Below the pieces are notes generated by a model. That model worked only from the letters and a program-made list of their open reading frames with translations. It was not told the origin of the DNA and ran no database searches. A stretch of DNA of 64,000 bases from Eledone cirrhosa (lineage: Eukaryota), in contig CAXHJY010000344.1 in assembly GCA_964016885.1 (NCBI GenBank), positions 1-64,000 on the forward strand, read 5' to 3'. Every line of letters begins with the position of its first letter. Within the stretch, counting starts at the first letter, position 1. Below are positions 39,403-51,358 of this stretch, in pieces. Both the position numbers and the translations under genes were made by a program.

Positions 39403-42400
39403 GGTTTTGTTGTTGTTGCAGCTGCTGTGGCTGTCGTTGTTGTTGTTGTTGTTGTTGCAGTTGCTGTGGCTGTCGTTGTTGTTGCAGTTGCTGTGGCAGT
39501 CGTTGTTGTTGTTGCAGTTGCTGTGGCTGTCGTTGTTGTTGTTGTTGCCTGTGGCTGTCGTTATTGTTGTTGTTGCAGCTGCTGTGGCTGTCGTTGTTGT
39601 TGTTGTTGCAGTTGCTGTGGCTGTCGTTGTTGTTGCAGTTGCTGTGGCAGTCGTTGTTGTTGTTGCAGTTGCTGTGGCTGTCGTTGTTGTTGTTGTTGCC
39701 TGTGGCTGTCGTTATTGTTGTTGTTGCAGCTGCTGTGGCTGTCGTTGTTGTTGTTGTTGCAGTTGCTGTGGCTGTCGTTATTGTTGTTGTTGCAGTTGCT
39801 GTGGCTGTCGTTGTTGTTGCAGTTGCTGTGGCAGTCGTTGTTGTTGTTGCAGTTGCTGTGGCTGTCGTTGTTGTTGTTGTTGCCTGTGGCTGTCGTTGTT
39901 GTTGTTGTTGCAGTTGCTGTGGCTGTTGTTGTTGCAGTTGCTGTGGCTGTCGTTGTTGTTGTTGCAGTTGCTGTGGCTGTCGTTGTTGTTGTTGTTGCCT
40001 GTGGCTGTCGTTGTTGTTGTTGTTGCAGCTGCTGTGGCTGTCGTTGTTGTTGTTGTTGCAGTTGCTGTGGCTGTTGTTGTTGCAGTTGCTGTGGCTGTCG
40101 TTATTGTTGTTGTTGCAGTTGCTGTGGCTGTCGTTATTGTTGTTGTTGCAGTTGCTGTGGCAGTCGTTGTTGTTGTTGCAGTTGCTGTGGCTGTCGTTGT
40201 TGTTGTTGTTGCAGTTGCTGTGGCTGTCGTTATTGTTGTTGTTGCAGTTGCTGTGGCTGTCGTTGTTGTTGCAGTTGCTGTGGCTGTCGTTGTTGTTGTT
40301 GTTGCAGTTGCTGTGGCAGTCGTTGTTGTTGTTGCAGTTGCTGTGGCTGTCGTTGTTGTTGTTGTTGCCTGTGGCTGTCGTTGTTGTTGTTGTTGCAGTT
40401 GCTGTGGCTGTTGTTGTTGCAGTTGCTGTGGCAGTCGTTGTTGTTGTTGCAGTTGCTGTGGCTGTCGTTGTTGTTGTTGTTGCCTGTGGCTGTCGTTGTT
40501 GTTGTTGTTGCAGCTGCTGTGGCTGTCGTTGTTGTTGTTGTTGCAGTTGCTGTGGCTGTTGTTGTTGCAGTTGCTGTGGCTGTCGTTATTGTTGTTGTTG
40601 CAGTTGCTGTGGCTGTCGTTATTGTTGTTGTTGCAGTTGCTGTGGCAGTCGTTGTTGTTGTTGCAGTTGCTGTGGCTGTCGTTATTGTTGTTGTTGGAGT
40701 TGCTGTGGCTGTCGTTATTGTTGTTGTTGCAGTTGCTGTGGCTGTCGTTGTTGTTGTTGTTGCAGTTGCTGTGGCTGTCGTTATTGTTGTTGTTGGAGTT
40801 GCTGTGGCTGTCGTTGTTGTTGTTGTTGCAGTTGCTGTGGCTGTCGTTATTGTTGTTGTTGCAGTTGCTGTGGCTGTCGTTATTGTTGTTGTTGCAGTTG
40901 CTGTGGCCGTCGTTATTGTTGTTGTTGCAGTTGCTGTGGCTGTTGTTGTTGCAGTTGCTGTGGCCGTCGTTATTGTTGTTGTTGCAGTTGCTGTGGCTGT
41001 CGTTATTGTTGTTGTTGCAGTTGCTGTGGCTGTCGTTGTTGTTGTTGTTGCAGTTGCTGTGGCTGTCGTTATTGTTGTTGTTGCAGTTGCTGTGGCTGTC
41101 GTTATTGTTGTTGTTGCAGTTGCTGTGGCTGTTGTTGTTGCAGTTGCTGTGGCCGTCGTTATTGTTGTTGTTGCAGTTGCTGTGGCTGTTGTTGTTGCAG
41201 TTGCTGTGGCCGTCGTTATTGTTGTTGTTGCAGTTGCTGTGGCTGTCGTTATTGTTGTTGTTGCAGTTGCTGTGGCTATCGTTGTTGTTGTTGTTGTTGC
41301 TGTGGCTGTCGTTATTGTTGTTGTTGCAGTTGCTGTGGCTGTCGTTATTGTTGTTGTTGCAGTTGCTGTGGCTGTTGTTGTTGCAGTTGCTGTGGCCGTC
41401 GTTATTGTTGTTGTTGCAGTTGCTGTGGCTGTCGTTATTGTTGTTGTTGCAGTTGCTGTGGCTATCGTTGTTGTTGTTGTTGTTGCTGTGGCTGTCGTTA
41501 TTGTTGTTGTTGCAGTTGCTGTGGCTGTCGTTATTGTTGTTGTTGCAGTTGCTGTGGCTGTCGTTATTGTTGTTGTTGCAGTTGCTGTGGCTGTCGTTAT
41601 TGTTGTTGTTGCAGTTGCTGTGGCTGTTGTTGTTGCAGTTGCTGTGGCCGTCGTTATTGTTGTTGTTGCAGTTGCTGTGGCTGTTGTTGTTGCAGTTGCT
41701 GTGGCCGTCGTTATTGTTGTTGTTGCAGTTGCTGTGGCTGTCGTTATTGTTGTTGTTGCAGTTGCTGTGGCTGTTGTTGTTGCAGTTGCTGTGGCCGTCG
41801 TTATTGTTGTTGTTGCAGTTGCTGTGGCTGTCGTTATTGTTGTTGTTGCAGTTGCTGTGGCTGTTGTTGTTGCAGTTGCTGTGGCCGTCGTTATTGTTGT
41901 TGTTGCAGTTGCTGTGGCTGTCGTTATTGTTGTTGTTGCAGTTGCTGTGGCTGTCGTTATTGTTGTTGTTGCAGTTGCTGTGGCTGTCGTTATTGTTGTT
42001 GTTGCAGTTGCTGTGGCTGTCGTTATTGTTGTTGTTGCAGTTGCTGTGGCTATCGTTGTTGTTGTTGTTGTTGCTGTGGCTGTCGTTATTGTTGTTGTTG
42101 CAGTTGCTGTGGCTGTCGTTATTGTTGTTGTTGCAGTTGCTGTGGCTGTTGTTGTTGCAGTTGCTGTGGCCGTCGTTATTGTTGTTGTTGCAGTTGCTGT
42201 CGTTGTTGTTGTTGCAGTTGCTGTGGCCGTCGTTATTGTTGTTGTTGCAGTTGCTGTGGCTGTCGTTATTGTTGTTGTTGCAGTTGCTGTGGCTGTTGTT
42301 GTTGCAGTTGCTGTGGCCGTCGTTATTGTTGTTGTTGCAGTTGCTGTGGCTGTCGTTATTGTTGTTGTTGCAGTTGCTGTGGCTGTCGTTATTGTTGTTG

Positions 42401-43985
42401 TTGCAGTTGCTGTGGCTGTCGTTGTTGTTGTTGTTGCAGTTGCTGTGGCTGTCGTTGTTGTTGTTGTTGCAGCTGCTGTGGCTATCGTTGTTGTTGTTGT
42501 TGTTGTTGCTGTGGCTGTCGTTGTTGTTGTTGTTGCAGTTGCTGTGGCTATCGTTGTTGTTGTTGTTGGAGTTGCTGTGGCTGTCGTTATTGTTGTTGTT
42601 GCAGTTGCTGTGGCTGTTGTTGTTGCAGTTGCTGTGGCCGTCGTTATTGTTGTTGTTGCAGTTGCTGTGGCTGTCGTTATTGTTGTTGTTGCAGTTGCTG
42701 TGGCTGTCGTTGTTGTTGTTGTTGCAGCTGCTGTGGCTATCGTTGTTGTTGTTGTTGTTGTTGCTGTGGCTGTCGTTGTTGTTGTTGTTGCAGTTGCTGT
42801 GGCTGTTGTTGTTGCAGCTGCTGCAGCTGTCGTTGTTGTTGTAGCTGCCTGTGGATGTCGTTGTTGTTGTTGTTGCAGTTGCTGCAGCTGTCGTTGTTGT
42901 TGTTGTTGTTGCAGGTGCTGTGGCTGTCGTTGTTGTTGTTGTTGCAGTTGCTGTGGCTGTCGTTGTTGTTGTTGTTGCAGCTGCTGTGGCTATCGTTGTT
43001 GTTGTTGTTGTTGTTGCTGTGGCTGTCGTTATTGTTGTTGTTGCAGCTGCTGTGGCTGTCGTTGTTGTTGTTGTTGCAGTTGCTGTCGTTGTTGTTGTTG
43101 TTGCAGTTGCTGTGGCTGTCGTTGTTGTTGTTGTTGCAGTTGCTGTCGTTGTTGTTGTTGTTGCCTGTGGCTGTCGTTATTGTTGTTGTTGCAGTTGCTG
43201 TGGCTGTTGTTGTTGCAGCTGTCGTTGTTGTTGCAGTTGCTGTGGCTGTCGTTGTTGTTGTTGTTGCAGCTGCTGTGGCTATCGTTGTTGTTGTTGTTGC
43301 AGCTGCTGTGGCTATCGTTGTTGTTGTTGTTGCTGTGGCTGTTGTTGTTGCAGCTGCTGCAGCTGTCGTTGTTGTTGTTGCAGTTGCTGTGGCTGTCGTT
43401 GTTGTTGTTGTTGCAGCTGCTGTGGCTATCGTTGTTGTTGTTGTTGCAGCTGCTGTGGCTATCGTTGTTGTTGTTGTTGCTGTGGCTGTTGTTGTTGCAG
43501 CTGCTGCAGCTGTCGTTGTTGTTGTTGCAGTTGCTGTGGCTGTCGTTGTTGTTGTTGTTGCAGTTGCTGCAGCTGTCGTCGTTGTTGTTGTTGCAGTTGC
43601 TGTCGTTGTTGTTGTTGTTGCAGTTGCTGTGGCAGTCGTTGTTGTTGTTGCTGTTGCTATCGTTGTTGTTGTTGTTGTTGCAGTTGCTGTCGTTGCTGTT
43701 GTTGTTGCAGTTGCTGTGGCTGTCGTTGTTGTTGTTGCTGTTGCAGTTGCTGTGGCTGTCGTTGTTGCAGTTGCTGTTGCAGTTGCTGTGGCTGTGGCTG
43801 TCGTTGCAGTTGCTGTGGCTATCGTTGTTGTCGTTGTTGTTGCTGTTGCAGCTGTTGCAGCTGTCGTTGTTGTTGCAGTTGCTGTGGCTGTTGTTGTTGT
43901 TGTTGTTGTTGCAGTTGCTGTGGCTATCGTTGTTGTTGTTGTTGTGGTTGTTGTTATTGATGTTGTTGCTGATATTGTTATTGTT
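39403..43985. repeat. 4.6-kb (GTT)n-derived minisatellite, main unit 33 bp
   Basis: gttgcagttgctgtggctgtcgttattgttgtt plus shorter variants. The 1100-1500-aa ORFs are stop-free repeat translations. Confidence 0.95.
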
Positions 43986-44261
43986 TAGTCTCTATGTCCC
44001 CATGTCAGCTGCCCTTATCAAGTAGACCTATGATCAAATGTTTCACCTGTGATATATATATATATATACATATATATACACATACAGAGAGAGAGAGGGG
44101 GAGAGAAAGATGAAGGAGGGGGGGGGGAGGGTTATTGCGGTTAGAAAATAAACTCCGAGATTGGTTTAAAATTGAAGTAAGTGTCATTGATATTCTGAGA
44201 ATCAATGCTGTTTGCTGTTTAGTGCAGAGTTAGAGAGAGATCAATACAGCATTGTCTGTCA

Positions 44262-44530
44262 ATGACTACAACAACAACTACTACTACTACTACAATAGCG
44301 ACTACAAAGCCTACAACAACAACAATGACATGTACAGCAACAATAATGGCATCTACGGCAACAACAACGATAATGACTTCAAAACCTATAACAACAACAA
44401 TAACGACATCTACAGCAACAACAACAACAACGACTACTACAATATCTACAACAACAACAACAACAACGACTACTACAATATCTACAACAACAACAACAAC
44501 GACTACTACAATATCTACAACAACAAGAAT
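44262..44530. repeat. (AAC)n-derived repeat
   Basis: aacaacaacgactactacaatatctac units. Confidence 0.85.
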
Positions 44531-44624
44531 GGCAATATTTGATGTTTTGCCAGGGACTCTCTGAAAATTTGACATTCAGTCAATATTTGAAACTTTACAT
44601 TTCATCATCATCATCATCATCATC

Positions 44625-44790
44625 ATTGTTTCTACTTTTGGCACAAGGCCAACAATTACCCAGTACATTACTGGTACTTTATTTTATCGACCCCGTAAGG
44701 ATGAAAGGCAAAGTTAACCTCGGCGGGATTTGAACTCAGAACGTAAAGGGCCGTAACTCTATGCTGTAAAGCATGGTGTCTGACGCTATG
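44625..44790 (-). mobile_element. SINE family A
   Basis: Body and B box present. Confidence 0.85.
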
Positions 44791-45502
44791 AAATAATGAG
44801 AAAAAAAAGGGATCAGGTGAAATGAAGGGCCAACTCTACACCCCTAGATAGAATATCTCAACTGTGCTCCATGGACAATATTAGTGAAAGTATAGCCACC
44901 AAATCCATTTAATGTTTAAAATGTTGTCTTTAGTAACTATTATTAAAAGCTTAGCTTTGCCTTTCATCCTTACGGGGTCGATAAAGTAAAGTACCAGTAA
45001 CGCACTGGGGTTGATTTAGTCGACTTTCCCGCCCCCAAAATTGCTGCCTTGTGGCTAAATCAGAAACTATTATTAGAGAAAGGAGGTGGAACCTTATCCG
45101 AAGTCGATAAAATGGGTTTTCACCAGTTGTGACGATGAGTGTTCCAGCTGTTCAGTCAAATGAATGGTATACAAAAAAAAAACCTTCTGGTTATGGAATG
45201 ACCATGGGATTTGCATTTGAAAGTTCCCCCCTGAGGCACAAGCCCGAGCCAAGTGTTTTTATGGAAGACCAGTCCCTCTTCGCCATGCCACTGATGTTGT
45301 CCAAGGGAAAGGCAATGGCTGATACAGCTTGGTACCAGTGATGTCACAACTCATTTTTACAGCTTAGTAAACTGGTGCAACATGAAATAAAGTGTCTTGC
45401 TCAAGGACACAACACATCACCTGGTCCACTCAACCACATGCATTCTTTAGACATTAAAACACGTTATACATGACAAAAAAAGAACATTACTAGAAATCCT
45501 AT

Positions 45503-45965
45503 ATGCACTCACACACACACATGCATGCACACATATACATTCATACATGCATACAAGCATGCACACAAGTACGCATGTACACACTTATATACAAGCACAC
45601 ACACATACAAGCATGCATACACATACACGCACACACATACAAACACACACAACCACACATACACAAGTACACACAAACACAAGCACACGCAACCACACAT
45701 ACACACAAACACAAGCACACACACACATGCACACACATAACGCGCACACATACAAGCACATATACACAAGTACATACATACACACGCACACACAAACACA
45801 CACGCACACACAACAACACACGAACACAATTACACACACACATAATACACGCAAACACAAGTGCACACATACACACGCGCACACAAACACAAACACACAT
45901 ACACGCAAACACAAGTACACACATACACACAGGCACACACATACACAAGTACATACATACACGCA
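45503..45965. repeat. Degenerate (CA)n
   Basis: CA/CATA repeats. Confidence 0.9.
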
Positions 45966-46194
45966 GAGAAAGCGAATGACACAGAGAGTTGCCCCCAACG
46001 TGACATATCTACACTGACCACCAGTACAAGTAGCAACTATATCAACAGTAGCTGTTTTCTGGAACACATTAAATGGAATCAATATAGAACTGTGAAGTAA
46101 TTACTGTCTTGTAAATAATATACAGCTGGAATGCAGGGGGGGGGGGGATAAGAAGAGGAGAAGAACAGAGGACTTATACTCGTGTGTAGAGTGT

Positions 46195-46214
46195 ATCATC
46201 ATCATCATCATTAT

Positions 46215-46246
<32 letters not shown>

Positions 46247-46696
46247 TCATCACCATCTTCATCATCATCATCTCGACCATCATCATCATCATCATCAGCA
46301 TCATCATCACCATCATCATCATCATCATCACGGCCATCATCATCATCATCATCATCATTGTCACAGCCATTATCATCATCATCATCATCAAGGGCGGTTG
46401 ATTGGCAGTATTGTTAGAGGGTCGGACGTCATGCTTTGACGCATAGAGTTGCGGCCCTTGCCATTCTGAGTTCAAATCCCGCCGAGGTTAACTTTGCCTT
46501 TCATCCTTACAGGGGTCGATAAAATAAAGTACCAGTAATGTGCTGGGGTAATTGCTGGCCTTGTGCCTAACGTAGAAACAATTATCATCATCATCATTAT
46601 CACTGTCACAGTCATCATCATCATCATCATCATCATCACAACCATTATCACCACCACCACCTCCATTATATTCATCATCACCAAGACCACCGCCAT

Positions 46697-46700
<4 letters not shown>
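46195..46700 (+). mobile_element. SINE family A (46392-46583) inside a (CAT)n tract
   Basis: Complete SINE with CAT repeats on both sides. Confidence 0.85.
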
Positions 46701-46769
<69 letters not shown>

Positions 46770-46774
<5 letters not shown>

Positions 46775-46820
46775 CTGATGATTTCTAAAGAATGAAACAG
46801 TTCTAGTCCTGTAGAATCTC
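46770..46820 (+). ncRNA. Type I hammerhead-like ribozyme
   Basis: CTGATGA at 46775-46781. Stem II ttct/agaa. GAAA at 46794-46797. Stem III ACAG-ttctagtc-CTGT. GUA site at 46813. The 5' strand of stem I is lost into the T-tract. Confidence 0.55.
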
Positions 46821-47427
46821 ATCTATATTAAAACTATATATATATAAAACATGAGAAGAAAGAAGAATACTGCGTGGTTGCACATGGGTTACATATGATA
46901 AAAATAGTCCTTCGTCAGTGATTTTCCAACCATCATTGGTATTTCATCGCATTAAAAATCAGATACCTCAGGTTGGTGCGAGCAATAATCTAAAAAAAGT
47001 TATTGGGACCAGTAAATCGCGTAAAGCGAGGGGGACAAGTAAACAACATAGAAGGATAAAAGCAAACCATATACTTGTATATATGTTGTGGTCGTGATGA
47101 TGATGATGTGGAGGAGGAGGAGGCGGATGGTGGTGGTCGTAGTGATGATGATGATGATGATGAATATAATGGTGGTGATGATGATGATACACTGTATACA
47201 CGAGTATACATCGTATGTTCGCTCTTCTTGTCTAATATTTCCCCCTCCACTTCAACTGTATATATATATTAAAATAACAGATTAAAGAATCGCTGCTTAA
47301 CTATTCTTTACTTAAACTTTAATCTGTTATTTTAATAAATATTTGCTCTACGGTTCTTATATATTTGATATATATTTATCCTTATCGAGCCCTCTTTGGA
47401 TTTTAGTCTTCAAATTTATTATTATTA

Positions 47428-47612
47428 CTGGATTGGCAGTATCGGTAGAGGGTCGGACGCCATGCTTTCCAGCATAGTTACGTCCCTTTACGATCTGAGT
47501 TCAAATCCCGCCGAAGTTGACTTTGCCTTTCATCCTTACGGGGGTCGATAAAATAAAGTGCCAGTAATGCACTGGATAATTGCTGGCCTTGTGCCTAAAG
47601 TAGAAACAATTA
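47428..47612 (+). mobile_element. SINE family A
   Basis: Complete copy. Confidence 0.85.
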
Positions 47613-47684
47613 CTATATATATATATATACTTGTATATATGTCGAGAAATATGTGACAAAAAAAAAAAAACGATGGTAAATGGT

Positions 47685-48430
47685 GGAGTGACTTATATTC
47701 GAGGTCAATATTTTGCTGACTTTCAACAACTTCAAAATTCTACGTAAATGAGGCGCTAAAATATTTATCCGTTGTGGGTAAATATTACACCAGTTTCACT
47801 TTCGACGTGAAATTCGTATTTCCTATTTTTTTAAAATATGTTTTGTGTGAATCTGACATTCAAAACGGTCGGAAATTGGTAAAAAAAAAAAATCATTACG
47901 TAATAGAGTTGTGAAACAAAAGCCATACTCTAAACGACATTTAAAATATTTTGAATATCAAAATATTAAAACTTCATAAATATATTCTCCACTTATTAGA
48001 ATTTCAAAACCGCACAATCTAAACAATGTGTTGATTACCTGCCCCGTCTCCAAACATTTAGATTCTTTAAGACCGTTGAATTCTTCAATTTTATTGTTTA
48101 GTGTGGAGATGAAAATGTTTTCCAAAATTTCCAACTTGTTCATGTGGTTGATTATTTTTACATATATTTCATTACTGCACTAGGGCTTGATGAACACAAC
48201 CACAAGGATATGGTCCGAACGTGGAAGAGCCGAACTCCCGCTGTCATCGCCTCCTTCTCTCCGTATAGTGAGCAAATGGGGTCCCACGTGCTGGCCTCCC
48301 CACAGCCCCGGCGGACAGAATGGAGAGGCGTTTTCCCGGAGGATGGTAAGGAAGATGGGAACTTTGCCTATTTCTTAGACATGAAATAAGGTCGACTTAT
48401 ATTCAAATAGACTTATATTCGAGTATATGT
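47685..48430. mobile_element. Probable pogo/Tigger-like non-autonomous relic
   Basis: Repeated gacttatattcga motifs at about 47690, 48394 and 48410, ending cgagtatatg. Confidence 0.4.
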
Positions 48431-49420
48431 GATAGCTACTGTCTTGTAGATAATATAAAGCTGAAATGGATGGGAAAATAAACGACATGAAGAGAAGAGT
48501 ATATATGGATATATTAGTGTAGAGCTTAACAATATTATCCTATAGAAGTATAGATTTACATTTAAATCTAGCCATAGGGGATGTGTTTGTGTTAGGAAAT
48601 GCCTACTTTTCCAATGAAAGTCTCGGGGAACAAAGAAACAGCAATTAACTTAAACTGTACATTAAATCAGGTGTCTCATTTAATCTATTTACTGCTGTGT
48701 GAATTTTAACAAAACAAGTTATACCAATCATGCCATGACAAGGTATTTATTTTATCTGATCGAAGATATATTTATGTAACAAATGGAAATAAAATATAAA
48801 CATTAATATAGACTAAACTCTCTCTCTCTCTCTCTTTCATTTTCACTTTCATTCTTTCTCTCTCTCTCGCTTTCTCTCATTTCCCCCCCCTCTCTCTCTC
48901 TTTCGTTTTCACTTTCGTTCTTTCTTTCTTTCTCACAGCATTAACTCTCTCTCTCTGTCTCCGCTTGAGACATATCTAACAGTACAAAAGCGAACAAACA
49001 CATAAATGTATTACCGGCGCAACACTTATCTGTGTTATGGCTGTCAATGTTTGTCCACTTTAGGTGTATGTGTATGCGTATCTGTGTGATCACTATGACA
49101 TTCTACCTTCAGGTCTAATGATATTTTCCAAGCCGCAGACGCAAACAAAAGCAGCAGGATAATTTCCAACTAGCCATCTATTTCAACCTTTTTAGATCTT
49201 ATCAGCCACCCATGTTCTTAACTCGGAGCAATGTTTGCACATATTTATTGTTTCCAACCTGGCTCATTTAATTAAAAGTTAGGCAAGAAACACTTTACAC
49301 AAATATAAAATTTCCAGACACCATCTTCACTGTTTTGCTTTCTTTTTTTTTTTTGTTATTGTTGTTGTTGAACATTACATTTTGATCTGTTAATCTAAAT
49401 GTATCCTAATCCAACACACA

Positions 49421-49459
<39 letters not shown>

Positions 49460-49477
49460 CAGCTCATTATCATAAGG

Positions 49478-49980
49478 CACATGGCTTAGTGGTTAGAGCA
49501 TTCGGCTTGCAATCGAAAGGTTGTGAGTTCAATTCTAGGACCGGGTGATGTGTTGTTTCCTTGAGCAAGACACTTTATTTCACGTTGCTCCAGTTTACTC
49601 AGCTGTAGAAATGAGATGATAAGACTGGGGTCCCTTTCATTAAATTACCCAAAATACCTCCAATGAGATATACCTTGGAGGAAGTCAGCTAGACCTGTAT
49701 AGGTGTGAGCTGTTCTCATTATCATAAGGTCGTGAGTTCGATTTTTGGCGGTGTGTTGTGTTGTGTCCTTGAGCAAGACACTTTATTTCACGTTGCTCCA
49801 GCCCACCCAGCTGGCAAAAATGAATTCTACCTGTAGTTTAAAAAGGCTAGTTTTGTCATACACTGTGTCATACTGAATCTCCCTGAGAACTACATTAAGG
49901 GTACACGTGTCTGTGGAATGGCCAGCCACTTACACATTAATTTCATAAGCAGGCTGTTTCATTGTTCGAACAACTGAAAA
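49478..49980 (+). mobile_element. Two adjacent family B-head SINEs
   Basis: 49478-49712 matches 38084-38316. 49715-49980 matches 19475-19725. Confidence 0.8.
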
Positions 49981-50699
49981 TTATTTTTATTAGGGAGACT
50001 AAGGCGTATAAATAGGAGAAAAGGGTAGACATATTAGGGTTAGCCTAGGGTGCTAAATATCCAGACGCCAGCTCTGGGCATTGTTTGTGTTTTTTTTTGT
50101 TTTTGTTTTGTTTGTTTCACACCCACAGAAACTTGTTAATATGTTAACTCGGATAACCCTTTTCGTACCAAATTGTCCACCTTTTGAAGTGTTTTTTATT
50201 TACCTAAAACCCTCCTGCCACAAGTTTATATAAGAATGTTCTTAAAACTGTGAATGTTGGCGTTGGAGTAGCTGTGAACAGCTGATTGTTCTGTGTAACA
50301 AAAAGGTCGGGTTAAAATGTGACCACATAGTGAGCGGAAGAACGGAGAAGGGGAGATATTGGAAGAAAGAGCGTCTAAAGCACGTGATAAGAAGTGAGAG
50401 GGACAGAGAGAGAGGGGAGGACAGAGAGAGGGGGCGGCGGAGAGAAGAGGAGTAGAGAAAAGCGGGAATGCGATCGATGGAGCACAATATTTTGGAGAAT
50501 TACGAAAGATAACAATGATGTAAGAACCTTTATTAAATTATATTCTTAATAAACAATGAGAAAGCTATTTTATTAAATCTCTCCAAATACTTTTTTTTTT
50601 TGTTAGTAGTTTTTTTTTTTTTACAAAAGTTATCGGCAGTGTCTTTTATAAGAAGTATGGTAATGAGAGTGTTAAGATTTCAACGATGAAGATTTCTCA

Positions 50700-50930
50700 G
50701 TACATTGGCACCCGTCCACTCTGTAAGGTGGTCGTGCTGGTGACACAGCAAAAGGTACCTGGTCCACCCTGTAAATGGTCGTTCTGGTGACAATAAAAAG
50801 TACCTGGTCCATCCTGTAAGATGGTCAGCACGATAAAAAAAAGCCATGATAAAAAAAAAGCACCCAGTCCATCCTGTAAGTGTAGTTGGCCATAGGAAGG
50901 GCATCTAGCCATAGAAACCAAGCCAGAAAC
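50700..50930 (+). repeat. Tandem copies of the RTE 5'-UTR motif
   Basis: Four units of aaaag.acc.gtcca.cctgtaa, ending taggaagggcatctagcc; matches the reverse complement of 6875-6945. Confidence 0.7.
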
Positions 50931-51012
50931 AGTTCTGTATGAGCAAGGCACGGTCACCTGATCTGACCTTTTATCTCTCTCTCTCTCTCTCATATATATA
51001 TAATAAAGATGA

Positions 51013-51086
51013 AATAAAGATGGTTATAAGAGTTCCATATATTTTATTATAATAAAATATATGGAACTCTTATAACCATCTTTATT
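51013..51086. repeat. Perfect 74-bp palindrome
   Basis: aataaagatggttataagagttccatatattttatta|taataaaatatatggaactcttataaccatctttatt. Confidence 0.92.
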
Positions 51087-51227
51087 ATATATACTCCAGT
51101 TCTACCAATTGTTGAATGCTACTTATCTGATATATGCATAGTTTTATTGTTCTACAATATTACTCACCTTCTATATATAAGGAAAAGAAGTCAAAAGTAC
51201 AACTGGAGTCTTTAAGAATATTTATTT

Positions 51228-51275
51228 ATTTATTTTACCGGTTTCACAGTTCTTATGCTTTTCAAAAGTAAAATT
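51228..51275 (-). ncRNA. Minimal hammerhead ribozyme, U3-A8 core variant (second copy)
   Basis: Minus strand reads ttttactt TTGAAAA gca-taagaac-tgt GAAA CCGG TA aaataaa. Confidence 0.72.
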
Positions 51276-51300
51276 GAGATGGAGGGTTTGTGGTTTGTCT

Positions 51301-51358
<58 letters not shown>

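Noticed and set aside
39350-44025. ORFs of 1164, 1474 and 1532 aa
   Set aside because: The GTT-based repeat lacks stops in all three plus frames; overlapping poly-L/V/C translations are artefacts.
46895-46925. Minus-strand CTGACGA
   Set aside because: No matching stem II partner or GAAA downstream on that strand.
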